Origin: Eledone cirrhosa
Taxonomy: Eukaryota
Direction: 5' to 3'
NCBI GenBank assembly: GCA_964016885.1
Contig: OZ024740.1
Coordinates: forward strand, 89,404,001-89,468,000
Length of the DNA stretch: 64,000 nt
Shown here piece after piece: positions 38,225 to 50,009 of this stretch (position 1 is the stretch's first letter; each line of letters opens with the position of its first letter). The notes under the pieces were generated by a model. That model did not search any database and was not told the DNA's origin. It saw only the letters and a program-made list of their open reading frames with translations. The position numbers and the translations under genes were made by a program.

Positions 38225-41200
38225 CACGGGGACATAGAAATAGTCGGGCTGGATACGCGAACGTGCAGTTAAACCACTGGGAGTGAAGGACCCCTAGCCC
38301 TTGTCAGGGCATTCTTCTAGGAGAAGGCAACTCAGGAAACTGGGTTAACTCCGACATAAACCTGCGCTCAGTAGTTACCGATGATGTTGATATTTTCTTC
38401 TTTTCAGGTTATAGCTACTGTCGCTCAGAGAGTGGGATTGGTTCAGTGCACAGTCTTTCCTCACTTTAAACATATTCTTCACGCACAGGCATTGCACGAT
38501 TGCATCAATTAATAATCATTAATAGTGTGTTATTATTATTATTATTATCGTTACTATTATTATTACTTATTTTTTCCAATTCAATGATGTTCCATGACAA
38601 TATAAAAGAGATAATTGGCAATAAGGGTTCTGGAACAAAAGAGATAATTGGCAATATGGGCAGGGGCCCCAGGTTATCACAGCCTGGGCCCGCTCGTCAT
38701 CGTGCTACTGTAATAGAGCCAAACAAGGCATTTGGTCTTTGCTACTAGAACGTACAGACGCTGCTAGACAGGGATTCCTTGGAACGTCCTGAACGAAGGA
38801 CCGCTCTTGTTGCAAAAGAGTTTCGACGTTACGATCTTGACATCGTAGCTTTATCTGAGACGACGTTAGCTGGAGATGGTCATCTTACAGAATTTTGTGG
38901 AGAATATACAATCTTCTGGAAAGGAAGAGATGAAGGACCAGAAGGGAGGCCGGAGTAACATTTGCTGTTACGACTGCTCTTGTGGATACAGTAGAATCAT
39001 TTCCAGTGGGGATTAGTTACCGTCTTATGTCCATCAAAATTACGCTGGACAAAGAAAGATATGCAACCCTAGTGAATGTGTATGCTCCATCTATGAATTC
39101 TGTCGATGAAGAAAAAGTGTCCTTTTACTATTCATTGAAAGGTGTTTTAAGAAATATCCCTCAGGCAGACAAAGTCATCGTGCTTGGTGACTTTAATGCT
39201 AGAGTGGGTAGTGATTTTAACACATGGAATGTAATCGGAAGTCATGGGGTGGGAAAGTGTAACAACAATGGTATGCACTTGCTGCAGAAGTGTGAGCAGC
39301 TGGATCTGTGTGTTACCAACACCATGTTCCAACAAAAGAACAAATTTAAGACTACATGCCATTTTTTGAACTACGTCCTTGTCAGGATGCGAAACAGAAG
39401 GGGTGTGCAGAGTGTTCCTTCTCTTCGTGGAGCTGAGTACTGGACGGACCACCGCCTGGTACGCGCAAAAGTGAAACTAATCCCTAAACATAAAATCAGG
39501 GCTCCTTGTGTTACCCTGCCCAGAAGATTGAATGCTGTTCGTCTTAGGGATAAAAATCTGAAGAGGACATTGCGAGAAGAGATGCAGGTTGCAGATCTTG
39601 GTGAGGATTGGCCGACTCTTAAAAAGTTGGTTTATGATGTAGGCGGGCGTGTTCTGGGATTGGTGCAGAGAAAACATCGAGACTTGTTTAATGAGAATGA
39701 TGAACATATAGAAGATTTGTTGGCTGATAAGAGGCGTGCTCTGTCACGCTACTTGACAGCAAAACCAGAGGAGAAGAATATGTTGCATAGGGAACTAAAA
39801 GATGTGAAATCAGGTGTTAGGCGGAGTCTTTCTCAGATGAAGGATCAGTCGTGTAGTGAGAAGGCTGATGAGATACAAGCTGTGTCAGATTCCAATAACA
39901 CAAAGCTGTTGTACAGTCTTTTGCATGAAGTTTATGGACCGTCTTCTTCTCTTGTGACACCGATTCGCAGCAAGGATGGCAAATAACTTCTTCGGGACTT
40001 ACAAGGAATTCTACGAAGGTGGCGAGAGCACTTTCATGTACTTTTGAATCAGCTGTCTGTCGTCAATGAAGATTTCCTCAATCTCATTCCAGAAAGTCCC
40101 GTGGAAGTAGCTAACGCAGAACCTCCGAGGCTTGTAGAGGTTGCAGTAGCTATCTCGAAGCTGAACAGTGGAAGGTCTCCAGGTATGTATGGCATACGTG
40201 CAGAGCTCCTACAATATGGTGGTGAGAGACTTCTGCAACATCTTCACTATTTGTTTGGCAGGATATGGGCTAATGAATCTGGGGGTGGAGGGATGCAGTA
40301 ATGGTGGACTTGTACAAGGAAAAGTGTAACGGGAATCATTGTGGGAACTACAGAGGTATATCATTGCATTCTGTCGTTGGGAAAGTTTTATGTAGGGTGC
40401 TTCTGGACCGTCTGCTGACACACATTGCAGATTGTTTTCTTCCTGAAATTCAATCTAGTTTTTGTGCTGGACGCGACACTACTGATATGATCTTCTAATC
40501 TAGACAGCTCCAGGAGAGGTGCATGGAAAAGGTTTGGATCTGTATCAGATTGTAGTCGATCTGACAAAAGCTTTCGATACTGTTAACATAAATGCATTAT
40601 GGAAGGTTCTCCAGAAACTTGGTTGCCCTAATAAGTTCCTTGCTTTGGTTAGGTCTTTCCATGACGTCAAGAAGGCTTGGGGTAATGTCGGAGGTAACAT
40701 ATAGGAGTCTATCTCAGTAAAAAAATGGAGTTAAACAGGGGATATTCCCGCACCGACACTGTTTGCCATATACTTTGCAATGGTTTTCTATATTGCATTC
40801 AGGAATTACGATCATGGTGTTTACTTCCAATATCGAATCTCAGGCAGCATATTTAACATCAGGCGCTTTGCTGCAAAACAAAAGTATTTACATCAATCAT
40901 GAGAGACCTATTGTATGCAGATGATTGAGATATTGTAGCGCTCACAGATAGTGATATGCATCACATTTTGAATGCATTTTCTGATGCTTGCACTGCCCTA
41001 GGATTGACTGTCAGTCTCAAGAAAACCGTTGTCATGTACCAACCGGCCCTGGTAAGCAGTACACTGAACCAAATATCTATGTGTATGGTAAACGACTTAG
41101 AGTGGTTGATCAGTTTGAATACCTTGGAAGCACTGTCAATCGATACAGCAACCTTGATATTGAAATCCCACTCAGCATTAGGAAAGCAAGTTATGCTTTC

Positions 41201-42018
41201 GGAAAGCTAGAAAGCCGAATCTGGGGTCGGTGAGACATATGCAAGAAGACAAAAGTAAAGGTGTACAAAGCAAGTGTGTCATCTTCTATTCTTTATGGCT
41301 GCGAGACCTGGGTCACATATCGACACCACCTTAAGCAATTGGAGCGTTTCTATCAGATATGTCTCAGATGGATCCATGTCCTTCACTGGAGGGACCACAT
41401 CATTGATGTAGAGATTTTGGAAAGCTCTCTCTGTGACAGTATAGAAGGTCTTGTGCTTAAGCAAAGACTCCGTTGGAGTTGTCACCTTGCCAGAATGAAG
41501 GATTCTAGAATACCCAAACAACTCCCTTATGGAGAGTTAGTTAAAGGAAAACGACCTCCAAATAAACCAAAAAAGAGGTATAAGGATTCCTTGAAAGCCT
41601 CTTTGAAAGACGTTAACATCTCTGCTGATACATGAGAAAATGTTGCTGCTAATCGTAATAAATGGAGAAAGACTGTATATGAGGGGAAAGTTGCATTTGA
41701 GGCATGTCGTCTCGCATACGAGAACGTAGTTTTAAAGTGAGACCAGTGGTTGACTAACAGGCTACTGTGGGAGATGCCACTCATCATGCTTCCCAAGCAT
41801 GTGGTAGAGAATGTAAATCAGCAGGAGGGCTCAAACGACATGCCAAAGTACCTGAATTCCAACCACAGCCGACTATTCCCAGTGATTGTTTTGGTTGCCA
41901 ACTCTGTGCAAGACATTTTAGGTCATTGGCTGGGCTAAAAAAGCCACATTCGATCCCAGCGCTGTTAATTGCTATCGTATGTGTGTGTAGATATTTTTAT
42001 GTGTGTGTGTGTACGTTC

Positions 42019-42054
<36 letters not shown>

Positions 42055-42085
42055 ATGTGTGTGGTTGGTTGTTTGTGTGTGTGTG

Positions 42086-42124
<39 letters not shown>

Positions 42125-42204
42125 ATTATTGTTATTTATTATTAATATTATGTTGTTTTTTTTCGTGCAATGACCATACTCGATAACGAGGGGGCAGCGC
42201 CATC

Positions 42205-42205
<1 letters not shown>
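38225..42205 (+). mobile_element. Full-length decayed RTE-clade LINE
   Basis: 5' UTR motif tctaggagaagg. APE motifs VYAP, LGDFNARVG and TDHRLV. RT motifs YRGISL, DLTKAFDTV, GVKQG and LYADD. C-terminal C2H2-like fingers. 3' hairpin ctcgataacgag after a (TG)n interruption. Confidence 0.88.
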
Positions 42206-42240
<35 letters not shown>

Positions 42241-42527
42241 ATCATAAATCATGTCTTTAGAATCATCAGATAATAAAATGTATACTATTTCTTCTTCTAA
42301 TTAGCATAACTAACCATATAAAAAATCAATCAGAACAAGCTATAAGAATAAATGCTCTTATGGGGAAATCTCCGACAAATAACCGAACGTAGCCTCTTCG
42401 CGGCGGCCTCAATCGAGTATTTTTCCAACATTTCGACAGTATGTAGAAACTGACTAAATATACCATCAACCATACACAATTAGGTGTAAAATTTAACTTA
42501 GAAGAAATGTGCACATACCGTATTTAT

Positions 42528-42603
42528 ATCTCTACCATGGTTTCTTCCCTATTTTAGACATCCAAATAATAGGAATGTCCTGAGTTAGGATTCATCAGGA
42601 GAC
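42528..42603 (-). ncRNA. Type I hammerhead with branched stem II (family L)
   Basis: GTCTC-CTGATGA-A[TCC TAACTCA GGA]CA[TTCCTATT...AATAGGGA]A-GAAA-CCATGG-TA-GAGAT. Confidence 0.72.
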
Positions 42604-42896
42604 AAACTCAAAATCAGACATTTAGTTTTTCAATCCGATACCGTCAAAAATAGATTCAAAAATGGCTAAGATACGCTATGTGGCTGTGGACAAGCCAGAG
42701 AGAAAGGATGTGATTGGTTGCTTACGGCGGGTAGGCTAGAAAGCGCAGCCAAATATCGCCAAATTTAATCTCAACCTATTGGGAGATTAATTATATATAT
42801 ATATATGTATATATACATATATATATACACACACACACAAATATATATATATGTACTTATACTAGAACTGTTTCATTCGGGAGAAATCATCAGGAA

Positions 42897-42945
42897 GCTT
42901 CCTGATGATTTCTACCGAATGAAACAGTTCTAGTCCTGTAGAAGC
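42897..42945 (+). ncRNA. Type I hammerhead (family G), canonical; truncated inverted copy at 42861-42898
   Basis: GCTTC-CTGATGA-T.TTC TACC GAA.T-GAAA-CAG TTCTAGTC CTG-TA-GAAGC. Confidence 0.87.
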
Positions 42946-43339
42946 CATTTCTATATTAAATATGTATACTCTGCTATATATTGAGTACCTTTCTTACTAT
43001 GGATACCCCCGCACAACCATCTATAAATATAGATTAACAGACATATAGCCTTACGTTAGTAATGATATTTCATATGTTGATATGAATAGGCAGAATCAAC
43101 ACTTATATTTGTAGAAAATCTAATATTATTGCTTTATAATCAACCAATCAATAATTTCCAGTTATAATGCCTTCAGGAATATTTCAGTGCTTTTTTCATG
43201 ATGTAGTGAGACAAAGGAAATAAATAGTATTTATTATTGTTAGGTTATATCCTTTCCTTTTGGCAACATATTGACATTGTTTTTGTTTTATCGTTAGAAA
43301 TTAATTGTTAATCTTGAATTGTTATCCATTATTTTTAAT

Positions 43340-43521
43340 GATTGGCAGTATCGGTAGAGGGTCGGATGTCATGCTTTGACACATAGAGTTACGGCCCTTA
43401 CTATTCTGTGTTAAAATCCCGCCGTGATCAACTTTACCTTTCATCCTTACAGGGTCGATAAAATAAAGTACCAGTAATGTTCTGGGTAATTGCTGGCCTT
43501 GTGCCAAAAGTAGAAACAATT
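43340..43521 (+). mobile_element. Cephalopod tRNA-derived SINE
   Basis: Colinear match to 59441-59628. Confidence 0.85.
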
Positions 43522-44408
43522 ACTTTCAATACTTATCCACCTCAGAAAATCTCCCATCTTGTTTGTTAAATTTTCATTTAATATGCTACATTTCAAAGAA
43601 ATTATTTAATATTATCTGAGCGTTAAAACCAGTATGTTTTAGTATGCCGTAATACTTTTCCATCGTTTTTGATTCCATTGGTTTTAAGTACATGAGGCAA
43701 ACGTTCATTTCTCCCTATTATGAGAAAAGGTATTTGGTTTTAATTTAGTTCTCTAAGATATTTTCTGCTATCGTTTTCTATTATTTAAGCATATTTAGGA
43801 TTAAGTGTGATATCGTTTAGACTGGGGTATGGCTTTAGATAATTCGTCACGAGAACAGTGCTTGAAATAAATCTGATCCTAGATTCTAATCAGGTACTTT
43901 TCTCTACACTTATTACAATTACGGCAAATATAGATCGCAATATCGATTGCAACTGTTGTTCAAAGAATTGGTGGAGTGTCAAACACAACTGCTTTCGTCA
44001 AGTATTGAATAATCGTCGCCTGAATTCCAATAATTCCAACACCATGATTTTCATAATAATAATAAAGAGTACTGAAAAATATAGGCACCAGTCAAATACA
44101 AGGACCAATCTCATAATTATAATGATATAATTGCTAGGATTTCAGCAGTAAAAAAATGTTTTTTTAAATCAATTGAAATCCATTAGAATATTATTATATT
44201 TTACTTACGATGAAAAATACGTATGTCAAATGGGTAAACATAAAAATGTAATTCCGGATAACAGAAGAGACAATGTGCGGTATAACAGTGTGTACGTTTA
44301 CGTTAAGTATACAATTGGTAAATTAGAAACACACACATCGTCGGGATTTTACATCTCTGTCTCTCTCTCTTTCTCTCTATTACACTACCTCTGTCTCTAT
44401 GTATACAT

Positions 44409-44462
<54 letters not shown>

Positions 44463-45044
44463 GTATCTATGGGTGGTTGTGTGTGTGTATGTGTGTGCGT
44501 GTGTGTATGTGTGTGTATGTAGTAAGCTAAACAGAACTTTCCATTACGGGAAGGTGAACTCTTACTGACGACGCAGTCTGGCGCCAAATTACGTAACGGA
44601 TTACCTAACTTTTGCACATGGTGGTTTCGCTTGCTCGGACCCACTACATATAAATAGATAGATACTTATACAGATAGAATATCGGGTGTTTGTGATTTCA
44701 TTCACAACCACAATCACACAATGGTATTTTAAATGAAATATTGACATTGTTCTTTTTTCTCCTACATTCTGTATTTAGAAAGATTTTAGGATGAACTAGT
44801 TGGGCTCCCATGAGCTTTCGGTTCACATGTTCTTTTGTTTTATCTTTATTTCTATGCAGCTTTATCATGTATAAAACATATAACTTTGTAGTCTCCTATG
44901 CATATCTTCATGTTCAACCGAACATATTATAAGAATATCCATTACATTCGCAGGGGATTATTTGGAAAGAGAAAACTCGTTGTATATTAAATCTGAAATC
45001 ATGTTTTGTGTGATTTCAATTCTGTTTCTTTTCCGACATACATC

Positions 45045-45125
<81 letters not shown>

Positions 45126-45273
45126 GCATGCATTTATGTATTCATGTATACATCGCTATTTCAAAGCACCAATCCTAATACGTTACTTTTGCTGGACCGG
45201 CAATCGCTCTGTATAATCAGCTCCTGATTATTACTGGAATTCTATAAGAATCCAGCTTGTATAATTGTCGGCA

Positions 45274-45343
45274 GAAGGGGGCAGTACGTAGCTCTGATGA
45301 TTGCTAAACTGCACGAAACAGGCTGTTAGCGTCTTTGCCTTCT
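45274..45343 (+). ncRNA. Type I hammerhead (family M)
   Basis: GCT-CTGATGA(45294)-T.TGC TAAACT GCA.C-GAAA-CAGGCTG-TT-AGC, with distal pairing of GAAGG...GGCA to TGCCTTC. Confidence 0.78.
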
Positions 45344-45441
45344 TTCGAAAATAACTAAGTGAGAGAGTCACTACTTTAAAATGATAGCCTAAGGTCTTCA
45401 AAATGTTTTTAATTAAACATATTAAACATACGTTATATTGC

Positions 45442-45537
<96 letters not shown>

Positions 45538-45539
<2 letters not shown>

Positions 45540-46503
45540 AAATTAAGATAAATTAAATGAATTTAATCCAAATCGAAATTGTGGGTGTCATGCCTTAACG
45601 GGGTGCGCCATATCGCCCGGAAGATAAGCTCAAAGAATTTGTAGGTCCGACCATTTTATAATACCTAGAAATTGATCAACATATATATAAATAAATATAA
45701 ACATGAATAATCACAGGAGATCATTTTTACAAGCGTGTAACCACGCATAGCTAGTAGGTAACAAATAAATAAAGTTAACTAGAACTTCAAAAATAGATAC
45801 CTTTTAATGATTAACCTTCCCGGAATATATTCCATTAAAGAAATATATTTCACCAATTAATCAGATAGTAAGTCACAGAAAGTGGATATTATTGGATTAT
45901 CAACAAGGAAGAACAATATTCCAGCAATCCATGTTTACAGGGCGAGCCAAAATCCTCAACTGGCCGCTACCACGTGTTGTTTTTACACATCACAGCGGCA
46001 TCGTCTCAGTGGCAAGAATAGGTATTCGACAACTATAAATAGCAGTGATTCCTTTCAACAGAGTTAGCTCTACAATTAAGGAGCCGTATTTATATATCTA
46101 TATCCAAAATTAAGATAAATTAAATGAATTTAATCCAAATCGAAATTGTGGGTGTCATGCCTTAACGGCGTGCGCCATATTGCCCGGAAAATAAGCTCAA
46201 AGATTTTGTAGGTCCGAGCATTTTATAATAACTAGAAATTGATCAACATATATATAAATAAATATAAACATGAATAATCACAGGAGATAATTTTTACAAG
46301 CGTGTAACCACGCATAACTAGTAGGTAACAAATGGAATATATTCAGGGAAGATTAATCATTAAAAGGTATCTATTTTTGAAGTTCTAGTTAACTTTATTT
46401 ATTTGTTACCTACTAGCTATGCGTGGTTACACGCTTGTAAAAATGATCTCCTGTGATTATTCATGTTTATATTTATTTATATATATGTTGATCAATTTCT
46501 AGT

Positions 46504-46510
<7 letters not shown>
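45538..46510. repeat. pLTR-like element: ~567-bp tandem period plus inverted segment, inside (TA)n
   Basis: 45538-45765 repeats at 46105-46332. 46335-46510 is the reverse complement of about 45655-45832. Confidence 0.85.
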
Positions 46511-46559
<49 letters not shown>

Positions 46560-46568
<9 letters not shown>

Positions 46569-47250
46569 TAACAGACTAAAATTTAAGCAAATAATCGCTG
46601 CGTTCAATCTTAACGGGATCTTCTGAAACTAACAAAGTCAATCTGTGAACGCAGAAGTGAATATTTCAAGAAACGTTGCGACCAGAAGAAGACAGGAATA
46701 CGATACTTTGGTCGTGGAAACGTTGCCTGGCAAAGAAAGAGAGAACACGAATATAATACGTCATTATTTGGAGCGGTGAAAAACAATTACACGCAAAGAC
46801 AAAACCGCGTTTAAGGTATAAAAGAAGTCATAGACTAATATTCTATTAGGTGCATCATAGAGACGTTCTCTGGCAATGAACGGAATCAACGAAGATAATA
46901 CATCATATGTTGAGTGTGGGGAACAATTGTACGCAAAGACAAAACCACGTAAATGGTATAACTGAAGTCGTGGACTAAAATTCTAACTAGGAAACCGAGT
47001 GATTCTCGGCTTCAGAGTTAAGAATAAAGTAAATAAAATACAGAGCTAATAGAAATTAAATAAATACATACACGCATCCATATACCTACATACACAAGTA
47101 TACGCGAAAACACTCGCCTTAGGTATACAAATACACGCACGTACATCCCCCCCCCCGAAAAAAAAACCCCGCACGCACCTACAGTACCCACGCAATGCCT
47201 GTACCCGCACGAATACGAATGAATACACCAAATACACATAAAAATATATT
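46560..47250 (-). repeat. Solo family D pLTR with degenerate U4A hammerhead at 46581-46629
   Basis: Reverse complement of about 52040-52620. Confidence 0.85.
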
Positions 47251-47258
47251 TAAAAAAT

Positions 47259-47304
<46 letters not shown>

Positions 47305-47504
47305 GTATTAAGGATACTATTTATGGTTATGTATATAATAAAACATTTTATGGTTATATATTTTAAACTCTAAATAGTGAAAGACAGTAATTCATTACTA
47401 TCTTATTACCAGTGAGATAAATAGCTCAATGTAATAACATCAGTTGTTGTACAGAGCAGTTATATAGAAATTAAATGAATCAAAGTTCAGTTTAAATCAT
47501 TTAT

Positions 47505-47553
47505 TTGCTTACAATTGTTTCCTCGAAACCGAGGTTTGGATTCTTCGGAGCAA
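47505..47553 (-). ncRNA. Type I hammerhead, U4C variant (family N)
   Basis: TTGCT-CCGAAGA-ATC c AAACC TC GGTTT c GAG-GAAA-CAATTG-TA-AGCAA. Confidence 0.65.
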
Positions 47554-48024
47554 CTATTTAGTGGTTTTTTACATACTTGACCTCCTTTTCAACACAAGAG
47601 ACATGTAAAAACATATGTATATATTGATCCACAGTGGGTTGACACCCGTCATAATAGTGTAGCATGGCAATTTACATACAAAGGTTACAGTCATATTAAA
47701 GGACAAAATTAAAGTTAAAATTAAAATTAAAATGAAAATAAAACATTGGCAGTTTATGAAGATAAAGCAAGAGGAAAGTTTAGAGTAGTCAGTGTATGAA
47801 ACAGTCTCACGTGTGGCATGCACGCGTGTCTTATTTATACAGGATTATAGTGCGGCAGATTGTTACATGTAAAAACAAGCTGTTAAAGCAAGCAATCAAT
47901 AGCATCATGGGGGCTGTATTGTTAAAGCATTTTTCACACACACCTGTACGATAAATAAGCCCGTTTGTAGAGAAACACCAAAAAATATCAAAAATATTAC
48001 AAATGTTACATACATACATGCATA

Positions 48025-48537
48025 CATGGTGGCTGCCAACTCGTTTTCGAGTATGGCCACTACTTTATATCCATGTAGGAGAATCCCTACCGATGCGCTG
48101 AACGAGTGTGACTTTTTAGTCCAGCCAGCGACTTGAAAACTCTGGTACAAACACTGCACTTGTGACAATTATTGACACATAGTGCTGGTACCATGGTACC
48201 ATGTGATGACAAGTGCAGAGAGATCTCCAGATATAAAGCAATGCCTGTGCCGTGAAGCTTTTATAGTGAGTAAAGGCACTGCATAAAGCCATTCCCACTC
48301 TCTTAACCAAGATGATATTTACCAAAAAGAAGAACAAGTCAACATCATTGGATACCATCAGGGTTGCAGGTGTTATATCAGAGTTTTCCTTCTCCTAGAA
48401 TTCTGCCTTGACAAAGGCTAAGGGGCCATCTCTCCCGGTGATTTTGGATGGCCATTGACTCCCAAGAGCTCCCTTGCCCTTTGACAGGTTTTGTCAAAGG
48501 GCAAAGGAGCTCCCAAGAGTCAATGGCCATCCAAAAT
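48025..48537 (-). mobile_element. Bipartite non-autonomous RTE derivative (5' UTR fused to 3' end) with a terminal hairpin
   Basis: Minus strand carries ttctaggagaaggaaaactctga and gagtgggaatgg...gcacaggcattgc (like 38315-38497), then CSVCTRVFKSLAGLKSH and ccatactcgaaaacgag (like 41880-42200). Confidence 0.75.
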
Positions 48538-49041
48538 ATATATATACATATATATATATATATACACATACATACATACATATATATACATTCACATACA
48601 TACATATATATGTATAGACACATATATATATACACATACATATATATACATAGACATAGACACACACATACATATATATACACACATACATATATACATA
48701 CACACATACAGATTATATATATATATACATACATACATACAAACACATATATACATACATACACATATATATATATATACATACATACACATTTATATAT
48801 ATACACAAACACATACATACACTCATACACATATACATACACACACACATACATACACTACTACACACACACACACTGTTATATATATATATATATACAC
48901 ACACACATACATACACATATACATATATATATATATATATACACACACATATATATATATACATACATACATACACTCATACACACATATATATATACAC
49001 ACACACACATATATACACATACACATATATATATACACACA
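48538..49041. repeat. Compound (TA/CA/TACA)n microsatellite
   Basis: Directly visible. Confidence 0.95.
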
Positions 49042-49081
49042 CGAAGACAATTTAAAAAATGAGACATTATATCAAAATAAA

Positions 49082-49990
49082 TTATAATTTGTCCCTCAAC
49101 GAAATGAAAACATCTTTGGCGATCTCAAAAACAGAGGCGATTCTCTGCTGGTTGAGAAGTTCCTGCTTAGTTTTGGCTATTTCTAGCCTCAATTTCTCCT
49201 TTTCTAGCAATAATAGGGACCTGTGGAGGTCCTGGCAGTCGTGGGAGGGCGTGGACCATGATGTGGGGGCCGGAAACGACGTTGAAGGGCCGTGGGACTT
49301 GAGTCTTTTGTGAGAAGGCGGGGCCGAACATGGATCCTGTTCGTGGGGGTGGTGTTGTTGTTGATGATGATGCTGGTGGTGGTGGTGGTGGTGGCTGTTG
49401 TTGTTGTTGCATACATACATACATACATACATACATACATACATACATACATACATACAAACATATATACATACATACATTTACGTATGTATATAGCTAT
49501 GCATTTATACATTTTTATATATATACATGCATTTATATTTATGTTTTTTTTTGGGGGGGGGGGGAGAACGTTTTGTCTCCAGATTTTATTACCTAGGGAG
49601 ATTAAATACCACAGCTCTGGCTGAAAGCTGACCAGGTTCTCAACCTCATCAAACACTAACGCAGGCCTGTGTGTGTATATGTGCGTATGTATATGTATGT
49701 ATGTATGTTTGTATGTATGTATGTATGTATGTATGTATGTATGTATGTATGTACGTATGCATGTGTGTGTATGTTCATCACCATTGTTTCTTTTTGTTAT
49801 CATTTCTGTTGAAGTTGTTCTTGTAACTGTTGTCAAAGTTGACATCCTTATGTCTATTTTCTTTTGATTTCTTTCGTTTGTTTTCTTATCTTCCGAGGCA
49901 ATTCGTTGTCAAGCTTTTATTTGTTTTCTTGATTTTCTTCATTCAAATGCATTCACACTGGCTGTCTAAGAGACGTACAAATATGACTTA
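49082..49990 (-). pseudogene. Possible Myb/SANT-like (Harbinger-type accessory protein) remnant
   Basis: Fragments HKDVNF...KKKQW, PALVFDEVENLV and a coiled-coil tail LLLLEKEKLRLEIAKTKQELL, separated by microsatellites. Similarity judged from memory only. Confidence 0.3.
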
Positions 49991-50009
49991 TAAAACTTAC
50001 CAAACTAAA

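Noticed and set aside
44560-44605. CTGACGA-CGC...GCG-CCAAA-TTACGTAA hammerhead-like string
   Set aside because: Lacks G12, a UH site and a stem I. At best a heavily decayed copy.
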